From Chiloscyllium plagiosum (lineage: Eukaryota), in assembly GCF_004010195.1 (NCBI RefSeq), contig NC_057755.1, forward strand, positions 10,139,989-10,203,988: a DNA stretch of 64,000 nt, in the 5' to 3' direction. This document shows positions 24,296 through 38,091 of the stretch, piece by piece. Within the stretch, counting starts at the first letter, position 1. Each line of letters starts with the position of its first letter. Below the pieces are notes generated by a model, which saw only the letters and a list, made by a program, of their open reading frames with translations, did no database searches and was not told the DNA's origin. Made by a program: the position numbers and the translations under genes.

Positions 24296-26710
24296 TGTTA
24301 TGAATTTGTAGATTTTTACTGTACCTTCAAGGGAACTGAAATTTCTGGCTGGCACAAAATGTTCTGAAAGATTTTGAAATGTAATAGTGAGAGAAAGAAA
24401 ACAAATTCGAGCTCTTTTGCCATGATGGACTAGCGTTAGTCACTGCCCGCAGAGTGTGGAATCAAATTCAGGCATGGTGGATTTTGATGTGTCTCCAAAT
24501 ATGTTAAAAAGTGAAGAAGTCCATGTGTAGATGAATCGATTAGTGAGCTATCTCTCTCAGGAGCTGCAAACGCAGCTGAGTGGTTTCTTACTGCAGTATG
24601 AGGACATAGGAAGGAATCAGACTGGGAGGACCAATGCTATTTTAAAGAAAGTAGACAAAAGGAATAGTTTTCCGATCATACCCTATTGGTTTGTCCTTTC
24701 AAAGCCAGACAGGTCCAGAAGGAAGTGGGCACCATGCTTAATGAGGATATCATTGAGAGGAGTCAGAGTAGAGCTTGCCAATCATCATAATTCTCAAACC
24801 AGATGGAAGTCAACAATTTTGCGTGGATTATTGGAACGTCAACGCCGTTACAAAATCGGACTCACATTCAATACCGAAATTAGAGGACTGTATCGATAAA
24901 GTTGGGCAAACCAGTTACTTCACCAAGTTGTACTTATTGCATGGTTACTGGAAGGTGCCTTGATCAGAGAAGGTAAAAGAAACGGCTGTGTTTGTAATCC
25001 TAATGGGCTAAATCAATTAAAAAGTGATGCCTTTTGAATGAAGAACGCACTCACCACATTCTAAAGACTCATGAACAGAGTTGTGGATGGGTTAACAAAC
25101 TGTGTAGTGCAAGGTTTGTGAAGGTTTGTAGCTCAGGTTGAGGTTTAGGGTGCAGATTTGCTCGCTGAGCTATAGGTTTGATATCCAGAGTTTCATTTCC
25201 TGGCTAGGTAACATCATCAGTGGCTACCTCTAAGTGAAGCGAAACTGTTGTCTCCTGCTTTCTATTTATATGTTTATCCTGGATGGGGTTCCTAGGTTTT
25301 GTGATGATGTCATTTCCTGTTCGTTTTCTGAGGGGTTAATAGATGGTATCGAGATCTATGTGTTTGTTTATGGCGTTGTGGTTGGAGTGCCAGGCCTCTA
25401 GGAACTCTCTAGCATGTCTAGTGTGTAGTCTATTTAAACGGTGTAGTCATCTTGAGCTAAGTCCTGGAAAAGTCACATGATACAGTTGGCAGACCAATTT
25501 GAACGACCACAAGAAACAAAACTTATAATAAATTTTTAACAAAACTGCATTCGCAAAATCAGTGCTTGTTTGGGCATAACATCATTCTTGGAAGGTTGAC
25601 CGAATGGAACTCAAAGACGAAGGCCATCAAGGAATTACCAAAACGAACCTCGAAGAAAGACGTGCTTCAATTTTTAGGACAAAACGAATCTATTGGAAAC
25701 TTATCTCAAACTTCAGCAGTGCTGTGGCACCATTAACTGGTTTACTGAAGGACACGAAGCTACGGTGGACAGAACAATACCAGTCGGCATTCGACCATTT
25801 AAAAGAAATATTCAGGACTAAACCAGTTTTCGCTATATCAACCTTCTCAAAACCTTTCAAAGTTGCCATCGATGCTGGTGACGTAGGAGTTGGAACTGTA
25901 CTGCTACAGGAAGACGATGAGAGATTGAACTGACAGTTGGTTACTTGTTCAGAAGCTCAACATCCACCAGGGAAAATACCCCACGATCGAAAAATAACTT
26001 GAGTTTGGTACCAGACTTCCAACATCGTAATGTGTATGTCATGAACAATGTGTCGGAGATGGTCGTGTATACAAATCACAATCCTGTTACTTTCATAGAA
26101 TGCTTTAAAGATAAGAATATGAGACTAATTCTTTGGAGTCTTATGATACAGACTTTTTATTTACAAATTGTACATGCTGCGGGTCGTGAGAGTATAATCG
26201 CAGATGTGTTGTCGTGGTTTTGACTGATAAAGTGTAGATGAGATTGGCATTTATACAATGTTCTATATATATATGGGGAAATGTGAAGCTGAAGTTAGAT
26301 TAATGCTATCTGTATATAAAGAATTGAAACATTATGATGATTCATTTTTTTTCTAAACGGAGGAGGAGGTGTTATGAAGTTGTCAATGTGTCGGTCCCTT
26401 TAAAGGATCTGAAGTTAATGGAAGGGTCAAAGTGTTCTGAAAAGTTTTAAAACGTTACAGTGGGTGAAACAAATAGCTGGAGCTCTGTTCCCATTATACA
26501 AAAGCATATTCAATTTTGGCCAATTAGTGTAAATTATGCACCAAATGCCAAAATCCAATCAAATTTGTACTTAGTTTTGGGACAGCATGAAACCAATAAT
26601 ATGTTCCGAGGCTTTGGGGTATAAAAGTAGACATATTGAGCAGTTGGATGGAGAACAGCCAAGAAAACCAACTAGTATGGATTGTTAGACGAATAGATCT
26701 CTGAAAGAAC
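24296..26710 (+). mobile_element. Degenerate Gypsy RT/RNase H + PPT + 3' LTR (LTR appears to resume at ~29490-29860)
   Basis: FCVDYWNVNAVTK, FSKPFKVAIDAGDVGVG, VYTNHNP, IIADVLS; ggaggaggagg then tgttatg at 26370. Confidence 0.88.
25109..25421 (-). mobile_element. Penelope-like 3' fragment of a different family, 8-bp TSD
   Basis: TSD tgtgtagt at 25101-25108 and 25422-25429; minus-strand ctgatgatgttacctagc..gaaac. Confidence 0.7.
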
Positions 26711-29488
26711 ATAAAACATAGAAACGTACAGAACAGAACAGGCCCTTGGGCCTACAATGTTGTGCCTAGGATTAATCCGACTGTAAAATAAAATCGTCTT
26801 AACTGTGCACCCCACAATCACTGCTGTCCATGTGCATGTCCAGCAGGTGCTTAAGTGTCCCTAATGACTCTATTTCCACGACAACCGCTGACAACGCATT
26901 ATGTACATTCACAACTCTCTGTATAAGTAACCTATATCTGACCTGTGCTCCATACCTTCCTCCTAACATCTAAAAACAATGACATCTCTTGTCAGTAAAT
27001 CCTGTCCTGGGAAGGTCTCTGGCTTTTGACACTATCCATGCCTCTCATTACCTTATATACCTCGACCAGGTCACCTCTCTTCATCCTTCTCTCCAGAGAG
27101 AACAGTCCAAGCTAGTTATCTCTCTCCATAAGACAAGCCCTCCAGTCCAGGCAGCATCCTGAGAAACCTTATTTGCACCCTTTCCAAAGCTTCTGAATCT
27201 TTCCAATCGTAGAGCGACGAGAACTGGACAAAATATTCCAAATAAGGTCTCAGCATGGACTTGTAGAGCTGTAACAAAACCTCGCTGCTCTGAAACTCCA
27301 TCCCCAGTTAAAGAAGGTCACAACACCACATGCTTTCTTACTAGCCGTGTCCACTTGGGTGGCAACTTTGAGTGATTTATGTGCTCGAAAACCTTTTGTT
27401 CTGCCACATTGCCAGGAATCCTGTCTTTTATCCTATATTCAGCTTTCAGGTTCAACCATCCAAAAATGCATCACTTCGTATTTATCCAGGTTGTACTCCA
27501 TTTGCCATTTCTTATCACAGCTCTGTGTCCTGTCTCTGTGGCGCTGCACCGTGCAATTGCCCTCGATACTATCAGCAGCAACTCCAACCTTTGTGTCATC
27601 TGGAAAATTACTAACCCACCTCTCAATCTCCTCATCCAAGTCGTTTATATAAACTACAAAGAGCAGAAGCCCAGGAACAGAACCCTGCAGTACACTATTC
27701 AAAACTAACCTCCAAGCAGAACACTTTCCAATTAAAAGCACTCTCTGTGTTCTAGGCAAAAGTGAGGACTGCAGATGCTGGAAACCAGAGTTAACATCAG
27801 TTTGGTGCTGGAAAAGCACAGAAGCATTGGAGGAGCAGGAAAATCGACGTTTCAGGCAAAAGCCCTTCATCAGTGATAGAGCCAGGGAGATAAATAGGTG
27901 GTGGGGTGGGATTGGGACTGGGGCGAAGGTTTCAATTTGTACAATATATGAGTGTGGGTGGGGATGAGGGGTGATCGGTAAGAGAGGAGGGTGGAGCGGA
28001 TAAGTGGGAAGGGAGATTGGCCGGAAGTACTGGTCAAGATCAGTGCAGAGCTGGAAGGGTGGAACTGCGGTAAGGTGGGGTGAGGTGCCAGAATGGGAGG
28101 GTGGGTTGTTGGGGGCCGTGGACCTAACCAGGTAGTCATGGAGGGAACGATCTTAATGGAAAGGGGAAAGGGGTTAGGAGGGAAATATATCTCTGATGTT
28201 GGGGTCAATTTGGAGGTGGGGGAAGTGTTGGTGGATGATGTGGTTCATGTGAAGGTTCCCTCCACTCTCCCTGATCGTCCCTGCCTTCTTCCTGATCATT
28301 CTCTTATTCCTCACTTTTTAGTAAAATGCCTTTGGGCTCTCCTGAATGTTTCCTGCTAAGCCTTTCACTTCCCCCTTCCTGGCTCTCCTCAGTCCAATTC
28401 TGAGCTTATTTCTAGCAAGCCTATAGTCCTCCAGAGCTTGCTAGATCCTTGCTTCCTCCACTTTACATAAGCTGCCTCCTTCTTGATTTTGACGAGAAGC
28501 TCCTCTCTTCTCGTCACCTAAGATTCTTTAATCTTACCCCTTCTTACCTGTATCAGAGGAACAAACGTTGTTCATAAGACATGCCCTCCAGTCCAGGCAG
28601 TATCCTCTCGGAACAACTGCTCCGGAAACAGTCTCCACGTGTCTGCTGTTGGAACAATTGCACCCAGTGTGTATTTCCCAACTCCTGTCTGATAACGTCA
28701 TAATTTCCTTCTCCCCAATTAAATGTCTTCCCTTGGTAACTCTTCTTTTCCCTCTCCAAGGCTGTGGTAACTGTGAGGTAGTTGTGGTCACTGTCACCAA
28801 AATGTTATCCCACGGCGAGATCTGACACCTGTCCTGTCTCATTGGGCGATTACTAAATCCAAAGTGACCTCTCCCCTCGTCAGCTTGTCAACATACTGAG
28901 TAAGTCAACCCTCATGAAAATGCCTGACGAAAACGACTCCATCCAAACCATCTTCACTAAGGAGGTTCCAGTCGATATTTGGAAAGTTGGAGTCACCCAT
29001 ATAAAGAACCATGCTATATTTACGTTTTCCGAAAATCTGCCGGCTTATCAGTTCTTCAATCTCGCTACTGCTATTCGGGACTCTGCAGAAAACTCCCAAT
29101 GAGGTGGATGCTCCTTTGCTGTTCCTAACTTCCACCCATACTGACTCAGTGGGTAAACCTACCTCAACAATCTTCGTTTCGGTAGCTGTGATGCACTCTC
29201 TGATTAGCAATGCTACATACACTCCTCTTTTTCCACCCTCCCTATTATTTTTAAACATTCTATACCCTCGCAACCATTCCTGCCTCCGTGAAAATGACTC
29301 TCCGTTATGGCCACAATGTCATTGCCCCAAGTACGGATTCATGCTCTAAGTTCATACTCTTATTTCGGACTTCCTTGCCTTAAAGCAGACACAGTTTAAC
29401 CAATCCTTTTGCTTCATCATGTAAGAATCTTTCCTGATTAATTCATTATATCATGTCATTGCTCCATCTACAACTACCCCCCTCTCAG
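26707..29488 (-). mobile_element. CR1/HER1 LINE, internally deleted (APE + RT C-terminus)
   Basis: GVYVALLIRE..ESVWVEVRN..MGDSNFPNIDW; LQGSVPGLLLF..FPDDTK; LRPYLEYFVQF. Confidence 0.92.
27755..28255 (-). mobile_element. Penelope-like 3' fragment with hammerhead motif at 27841-27875
   Basis: ctgatgaagggcttttgcctgaaacgtcga on the minus strand; C-rich tract. Confidence 0.8.
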
Positions 29489-29861
29489 TTAACTGAAAGA
29501 TACCTGTTCATATGAATGACCTGTTAAGCAGGATACTGAAGAAAAAACAACCGAGTAAATTCCACAGAAAATGTTGCAAATAGAAGATTCGACAGATGGC
29601 TTGTTTTGAAATTTGCTTTTTTTGTAAAACTTAATTGGGGATTTTATTGGGCGAGAATTATAGATTAGGCAGGTAAAAATATGTTTAAGAGAAAGGAATT
29701 GCAAATAGTTGTTTAGAAATAAAATTGTTAATTTTAACTTTAAATAGTGACCTCTGGGATAGTGTTTGCCTCTCGAAATTTAACAGATCACAACACCAGA
29801 TGTAGTTCTCTGTGTGTCGAGTGTAAAATAGCAGAAGCGTACACCCTGTGTTGTAAGAACC

Positions 29862-30250
29862 TTCTTCACTGTAATTAAAAAATCAACAGCTCACTCAAAC
29901 GTTGTTCATAAGACATGTCCTCCAGTCCAGGCAGTATCCTCTGCATCCTCTGTAAAGCTTTCACATCCTTCCGATAATGAGGAGATCAGAACTCAACACA
30001 ATATTCCCAGTGTGTTCTCACCAGGGTTCTACATTGCTGCAGTATAACCTCGCGACTCTTAAGTTCAATCCCCTTGCTAATGAAAGCCAACACAGCATAT
30101 GCCTCCTGAACAATCCTATCAACTTAGTTGGCAAATTTGAGGGATGTATTGACATGGAACCCAATATCCCTCTGTTCCTAAACTCTCCCAAGAATCGAGC
30201 CTTTAAACGGTTTCTGCATTCAAATTCAGCCTTTCAAAAAGAGTCACTCT
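29862..30250 (-). mobile_element. CR1 fragment
   Basis: Degenerate LVRTHWEYCVEF region. Confidence 0.75.
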
Positions 30251-30252
30251 TA

Positions 30253-33200
30253 TGATGCCACTGCTCTTTTAACAAGAGACAGAACTCGTAAATGACACTG
30301 ACTCAGAAAAGTCAAAATAGAAGTGTTTTAGGGTCAGTTTGGTTATAGCTAGCAGATAGTGCCTAAGGTTTGAATTTTTGAAAGTAAATAACACTTGTAA
30401 CATGAAATGGGAGTGACCGGTTCTCACAGTTCAGCTTGTTCAGGGTTCGGTTTGTTTATTTAGCAACTTTATTAGAAAGGCTGTTGGACCCCAAAGAAGC
30501 AGTTCTTCACTGATCCTCATCTCTGTCTTGTGTCTCTCCTGTTAGACCCTGGGTTTAATTTTTCCTCTTGTGCAAAGGGGTGATTATGGGGATTATTATA
30601 AACATTGGGAACAACATAATGAATTTTGGATAATTTGTTGGCTTTTTGCATACTTTAAATTGTTTTTTAATTTGTTGTCATTTGTGTTTCATTTAGTAAT
30701 ATTGTGCATAAATTTTGTGACAATTAAAACTAAGTGGTTTGAACAGCGTATTCTTTCCTGCAATATCCACTGTACACCACGTTAAATCAACTAGCAAAGT
30801 TTGCTTCTGGGTTACTGAATTAAAGCATGCTGGGATCATTTAAAAAAATTTGCACATCTGCGAAAGGACTAACTGCTGCAAGACCAAGCCGGATAAACTG
30901 ACGAATGACCATTACTGAGAAACACTGCAACCTCAACATAACCTCAAGTCAGGGTGGAATGCTGGAACGAGTGCATGTTATCATTCTCTGCGTCTTACTC
31001 TATCCAGGCACCAATCAATTTCCTCTGGGGGTATTCTTAACCTTGAAGTTGTCAACAAGACGACTATAAGTGGCGCGTTCAAAACCATTTGCAGAAACTT
31101 TTACAGGAGTGAATTGATTGTAATGGATCCCTACTTAACTGAAAACGGGCGTCAGTATTGGTGAACAACATTAGATATGCCCACTAGTTTTTCCGAGGCC
31201 ATCTCATTACACAATAATCACAGTGAACATGATTGCACGGGAGTAACTCAAATGTTTTACTAGATACGGACTATCCCACAGAGACGTAATCAGATCAAGG
31301 TTCAAAACTTACATCGAAATTATTCAAATAACTTATAGACAATTCAAGATTATTGCGCAAATCCAGATTCGCAAGGTGCGCAAGAAAGGTGGCATGAGAC
31401 ATTAAAAGACCACGTAGAGGGTTATAGTCAGCACTATACAGACAATTTGAGTAAGGGAATTTTGTTTGTGCTTTTAATGACGAGAAATGCATTAAATGAA
31501 TCAAATAAATTCAGCCTATTTGAATTATTATTTTTGTTGGGAGGTATGCAATGAGAAGACGGCTAAAATATGATAGTAGAGAATTATTTGTCAGAATTCA
31601 GAGACCACATATTTCAACTATGTGCGAAATTTTAGGGAGTGATTAAATAGAGCAGGGGATTTGTCTACACAGCATTGCAATGCATCACAACATGCATCAA
31701 ACAGGAGGCAGAAAAGAAATAAAAAAACAGTCATTTTGAAATTGGGGATAAGGAGTTCGTGCAACGCCCAGGGATAGATGAACTTTAAAAACAATATTTA
31801 GTGGACTTACAAATCGAGAAGAAATAGAGTGATGTGAACTATTTGATAACAAATACAGACAGAAAGAAACGTCACGGAGTGTGTCAGGTGAATAAAGGTA
31901 TTTTGACAGGGAAGGAATGCAAGAGAAGAATGTGCATTTGATTACAACACGGTATCAATTTCAGAGTATTCTGAATTGGAGATTCTTAAACTTAAACCGG
32001 ACATGAAGCAGTTTATCAAATATTTTTGATAAATTATTAAGTTAACTTCCAGAGGAAAACCGAAATGACCTGAAAGAGTTATCGCTATTACATGGGGAGA
32101 TGTTCGGAATTAAGGTGGAAAGTACGAACCTAATTATGCATAACATAGATGTAGGAGATGCTGTTTTGATTTATCAACATCCTTATATGCATAGCCCGCT
32201 AAAGTTCGCAAGGACATAGAATACATGTTTCAAGGTGACATAATCGAAGTATGTTGCAGAAACTAGAGCTCACCCATAGTAATGGCACCAAAACCAAAAG
32301 GTTCCCAAAGTGTATGTGCCGACGATCACCATGTCAATGTAGTTACAAAGACTGATGCATAACTGAGACCAAGTCAGGAAGACGGTGTTGAAAAAATGGG
32401 CCAAGCAACTTATAATTCTACGTTGGACTTGTTCAGACAATAGTGGCAGACACCAATCTCAAAAAGAGCGAAGACAATTTCGGCTTTCATAACACTGAGT
32501 GAACAGTGTCAGTTTGAGATCATGTCTTTTTGGTAAGAAAAGTGTGCCAGCCACATTTCCGAGACCTGCTAATAAGGTCATTGCCTGATTAATGAATTGT
32601 GTCATATACATAGATGACCTGATTAATTTTAGTCATACGTGGAAGGAACATTTGCAACATTTATCACACATGCTGGATCGACTTTGGAAAGCAGGCTTGG
32701 TCATAAACCTGTTTAAAAGTGAATTTACCAACGCCCAAGTCACCTTCCTAGGGTGACTGGACATGTTACTGGACATGGACAAATGGCATTATGAGAAGCA
32801 AAAAGGAGGTATGATTAGATTACTTAAAGTGTGTAAACAGGCCTTTCGAACCAACAAATCCACACCAACCCTCCGAAGAGTAACCCACCCAGACCCATTC
32901 CCTGATATTTACCCCCTAACCTAATATTACGAGCAATTTAACATGGCCAATTCACCTAACCTGCATATTCTTGGATTGTGGGAGGCAACCGGAGCACCCA
33001 AAGGAAACCCACGCAGACACAGGGAGAATGTGCAAACTCCACACAGACAGTTGCCTGAGGGGGGATTGGGGAGCATCACATAACATCAACAAAAAGAGTC
33101 GTGCAAACATTCCTGGAATTGCATGGAATTTACTGAAAATTCATTACAAATGTTAATAGTGTGGCTTCGCCACTCAGTGAATTGCTAAATAAAGGCAAGA

Positions 33201-34446
33201 AGTCTCAGCGTACAGCGGAATGTCAAAGGAATTCGACAGCTTGGAAACTGTATTAACTACTGCCCCAGTATTGAACATATCTTATTATCTAAACCCATTC
33301 AAAGTGGCTGTCAATGCAAGTGACATTGAAGAAGAGGACGAGAAGATACAAAGACCTATGAAGTATTTCTCCAGCAAATAGAACGTACATCAGCAAACCA
33401 TATTCGATGATTGAGGAGACATTGACTTTGGTGTTGTCACTGAAAATTTTCAATGTGTATGTTATCTGTAATGGATCTGAGACAATCATAGACACGGATC
33501 ATAAACCAATAAAGTCTAGGGAGAACTTTAAGGGCAACATTTCCAGACAGTTTAGATTGAGCTTGTTGTGACAGCCATTTAATTTGAGTTTCTGCATGCG
33601 GCATATCGAGAAAACATGACTGTCGACACATTGTCCATACTTGAATGAGAAATGGTGAAATTCAGTGTCATGGGTAAAATAGCCTTAAAGAGAACGTAGT
33701 GGTGCGTGTTTGCATGTTCAAAGTCAATGTAATGACCGTGTGTGTAAAAGAGTACTGAAAGTTTAAATATAAAGGAGTTTTAAGTGAAGCCATATTTGGA
33801 TATTAATGGCTTTTTCTTTAAATTGGAGAGGTTTGATGATATCGATCCTTTAAAAGTTTATGTTATCCTTAGTTTATATTCAGAGAAGTCGAAAAAAATT
33901 GAAGGCTTTTAGCGTCACATTAATTATAACTAACAGATGCTATGTCAGGAACAAACTTCCAAGTTTTTGAAACAAAAAAATTTGAAACAAATAGAGGGAG
34001 TGGCCAATTTTCCCAGCTACGCTAATCTCTTGTTTGTTTTGGTTTTTATCAATGGTGTTAAAAAAAAACTTCTAGATCCCAAAGAAGCAATTTCAGGCTG
34101 ATCCTTCTCTCTCTCGCTCTGGCTTCGTTCCTCTAAGACACTAGCTTTAATGTTTCTTTTTGTGCCACGGGATGCTTATCGGTTTGTTGCAAATATTGGG
34201 TAGAGCATCATTACGTTCGAATAATCTGTTGAGTTTTTGGATAGGTTACGTTATTCTCTATACTATTGCATTTTGCTTGTGTTTCATTTAGTAATTTTGG
34301 AAATAAATTATTTTGTTTCAAACTAATTGGTTTCACCAGCAGCATCTCTCCTGAAGCATCATTGTACACCTGCTTAAAACAACTGGCAAAGTTGGGGTCT
34401 ATGCAACCTTCGTAAAATGATTAAGAGGACCGGCCTGGTCCACAAC
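30253..34446 (+). mobile_element. Decayed Gmr1-type Gypsy LTR retrotransposon (LTR - INT - RT - RH - LTR)
   Basis: Related LTR-like ends ~30253-30830 and ~33833-34446; integrase remnants ~31050-31600 precede RT (YIDDL at ~32605) and RNase H (~33280-33640). Confidence 0.8.
32813..33062 (-). mobile_element. 5'-truncated HE1-like SINE
   Basis: V-domain and aatctaatc tail. Confidence 0.9.
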
Positions 34447-34449
34447 GGT

Positions 34450-35815
34450 TTGCATTAACTCCGTCGGCCACTTATCAGCCCAACTCTACACCAATAACAG
34501 CCCTTCACATTATCCAGAACTTTACCATCATTTGTGTCATCGAAAAACATACTATCCTACCTTTCTACTTTTTCATCCACGTCTTTGAACAAATTTACAA
34601 AAAGTAGACATCCCAGAAAAGGACCCCTGCAGAACAACACTCGTGGTCACTAAGCTCCAGACTGAATGTATTCCATCTACTAGCACCCTCTGTCTTCTTT
34701 GGGACAGCCAATTCTCTATTCAGCCAGTCAAATTTCCCGGTATCCCATTCCTCCTTGCGTTTTAAATGTGACTAGCTTAGGGAACCTTCTCAAACATTTT
34801 GCTAAAATCCAGGCACAACACATCCACTGATCTACCTTAATCAATATGTTTTGTCTCATACTTAAATAACGAAATAACGGTTGTAAGGAATGATCTGCCC
34901 CTGACAAATCAATGCAAACTATCTCTAATTAAACTATGGTTTTCAAAATAATCATAAAACCTGCCTCTCTCAGTCATCTCCAGTAATTTGGCTACCACAG
35001 AAATAAGACTGCCCGGTCTGCAATTCTCAGGATTAAGTCTATTCAATTTCTTGAACAAGGGAATAGCATTTGCCATCCTTCAATCATCAGGCACTACTCC
35101 AGTGGACTTTGATTACGCAAAAACGATCGTCAAACGCACGACAATATCTTCCCTCACTTCCTTTCGAAATCTTGGGTAAATCCCGCCTGGTCCATGGGAC
35201 TTATGAATCTGCATCTTTTCAGAATTGTCAGCAAATCCTTATTCAGCTTGTTTCACACTATCATCACAAACGACTAACTCCCTCTCACACTGATGACTGA
35301 AGTACGATATTCATTAAGGACCTTCCCCACCTCCTCTGACTGCAAGCATAAGTTCCCTCCATCATACCTAATCAGCCCTACCCGCACTCGGGCCATACTT
35401 TTATTCTTCACAAAAATGTAGAATGCCTTAGGATTTACCTTAATCCAACCATTAAACTTTCTTCATGCCTCCTTGTAATTCTCCCAAGTCTATTCCTCAC
35501 TACCTTTAAAACCTCTCGAGGTTTGTCTTGTTCTTGTCTCTTCAACTTTAAATAGGGTGCCTTCTGTCTCTTGACTCGGTGTTCTACATCTCTTTTCACC
35601 CATATTTCCTTCACGATACTGTCCCTAACTTGCCTCCGTGGCACGAACCTATCCAGCACGGCCAGAAAGTGCTCCCTAATCCACCTTCACATTTCTGAGA
35701 AACCTGACAATATATTTCCCAACTTCTGTTCCACAGCTGCGATCTAATAGTATTGTAATTTCCCTACTCCCAATTAAATACTTTCCGACATAGTCTATTC
35801 CTATCCCTCTACATT
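34450..35815 (-). mobile_element. Old CR1 ORF2 fragments
   Basis: Degenerate IPLFKK, FEKVP and QGSLSG motifs. Confidence 0.8.
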
Positions 35816-36450
35816 ACTTTATTTTAGCTTTATGAATTTGTGCAAAACTCTCATTGTCAATTGTGCAAGAGCCTTGTTTTCATTTGTACTAAACTTGCGC
35901 TCATTTAAGCAGAATAGTTGCATTGATTTGTGTGCTAAATGCTAAATGTTTTGATTCCTTGTTTAAAAATGTTTTATTCAGTTGTGATAAAATGTTTTGT
36001 TCATTAGTTTACTAAATGTATGTTCATTTCTGATCTGCATCTGTGCTGTAGCTGCTACCTGTTTAAAACTGCAGCTTTATGCCTGTGTGTCTTCTAAGTC
36101 TGGTTTCATTGGAGGTAGGATTAGAACAGGGACAGACTGAGACAGCTCAGTCTAAAACAGTTCAACTGCTCTGATTCCTCTAATCCCATAGAGATTACTG
36201 TTGATTTACTCGATAGCTGAGTCAGGTGAGTTCGACGGGGAGAGAATTGGGAGCTGTCTAAATGAACTAGCATTTAGAAGGAACTCGGCTTTTAGTAACA
36301 GAGCTGATTCTTGGAATGTGGCCCCAACCAGGGACGTCTGTGGCCTGTGGACGTCAATCCCTGTGTTGATCCTTCAAGCCTCCATAAAGTATTCATGCAT
36401 CCTCTATTAACATCCTCAAGCAAAGTATATTTTTCCCTGCACGGGGGCAA

Positions 36451-36457
36451 GGAGAGA

Positions 36458-36491
<34 letters not shown>

Positions 36492-36518
36492 CAGAGACAG
36501 ACAAACAGAGAGAGACAT
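36451..36518. repeat. (GT)n microsatellite with GA/GACA-rich flanks
   Basis: Direct inspection. Confidence 0.9.
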
Positions 36519-36582
36519 AAAGAAATCATCAAGAGACCTGGCACCAGCTGGAATGGTGAGTATTGGATCTTCGGTTTCTCGT

Positions 36583-36885
36583 TGGGTGGCACGGTGGCAC
36601 AGTGGTTAGCACTGCTGCCTTACAGTGCTAGAGACGCGGGTTCAATTCCCGCCTCAGGCGACTGACTGTGTGGAGTTTGCACATTCTCCCCGTGTCTGCG
36701 TGGGTTTTCTCCGAGAGCTCCGGTTTCCTCCCACAGTCCAAAGATGTGCAGGTCAGGTGAATTGGCCATGCTAAATTGCCTGTAGTGTTCGGTAAGGGGT
36801 AAATGTCGGGATATGGGTGGGTGGCGGGTCGGTGTGGACTTGTTGGGCCGAAGGGCCTGTTTCCACACTGTAACCTAATCTAATC
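36583..36885 (+). mobile_element. Full-length HE1-like V-SINE
   Basis: tRNA head, complete V-domain, HER1-like 3' end, ctaatctaatc tail. Confidence 0.95.
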
Positions 36886-38035
36886 ATTGTCTCTCTTTGC
36901 TCATGATTCGCTCTGGATCACTTTTTCCTTCTTTGTCTCACTCTCTTTCTCACTCTCTTATTTGAATATTTGCAATTATAGGTGTTTCAATCAAAACGCT
37001 CGAATGTGTTGCTTTTTTTAGATACGAGGGGAAAATAAATCTCATTCCATTTCTATGGATACTATGGAGGACGTTTAGCATACCAATGTTGTGCAATAAG
37101 CATCTGAGGCAAAGTCATCTTGCTTCATCGGCACACTTACATTTATGTTTGCAATTTGAAGAAAAACTACTTGTTAAGCAGCATTCTTTCAAAACATGAA
37201 GAGCTTTTATATCTGCACAAGTTGGTGAGGATTGTAAAAAAAAAAAATGACTTAATTCTAACTTTTATTCAAAAATCTCATCACATAGTGTTGTAGTCCA
37301 AAGAGTGGTTTTAAATACCAATTTTTTTGAGCCCTCGCTCATTTATCAGGAAGTTGCAAGTTAAAAATCACACAACACCAGTTGATACTCTAAATGCTTT
37401 ACATGGAAATAATAGCTTTCAGATTGCTGCTCCTTCTTCATGTAGCTTTGAAGCAGCAAAATACGACACAGAATTTATAGCAACAAGTCTCTGTGTCTTG
37501 TAACTGAAAACGATTTTTGAAAAAAACCTTGACAGCATTCAAGACTTTAATCAGTTCGAATAGAGATATAGGTGTTAATTGATTAATATGTAAATCCCTT
37601 CCCCAAGATAATTTCTGGTTTTATCAGAATAAAGTCACACATTAGGCTAGACAGTGCATTTTAGGTGTGAGGCCTTGTTTCAAATCTGTTTGTATCTCAT
37701 CATGGCGTCAGGCTGGTTTTCCTTCCAAAGTAGGAATTCATAAAATGCTGTTTTGTGTGGTTTGTGACTTTGCACACTCCTGTGAAACACCCGCAGCTTC
37801 ACATCCGAACTTTTGTTGTGAAAGGAATTTCAAAGGGTAATATAAATTATCCCTTCGCAGAACCCCTTCACTCAGGTCAACTTGGAGAGTAAATGATCAT
37901 TCTGTTCAGAGATCCTATCATAGAACTCCGAGTCTGCTGTGACATGAAACCGGTCCTCCTGGTTTAGAGGAAAGGATAATACCAATATGCTATAACCTCC
38001 ACTGATGTATGGGTTTCCCTGTAAAGAGTGGCAAT

Positions 38036-38063
38036 GGGGGGGGGGGGGGGGGGGGGGGGGGGG
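38036..38063. repeat. G28 homopolymer just 3' of the GPCR stop codon
   Basis: Direct inspection. Confidence 0.9.
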
Positions 38064-38091
38064 AGGTTGGATGGGAGTGGTATTACACGAT

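Noticed and set aside
36583..36655. tRNA-like A/B box sequences (also at 2870-2940 and 21114-21185)
   Set aside because: These are SINE heads, not tRNA genes.
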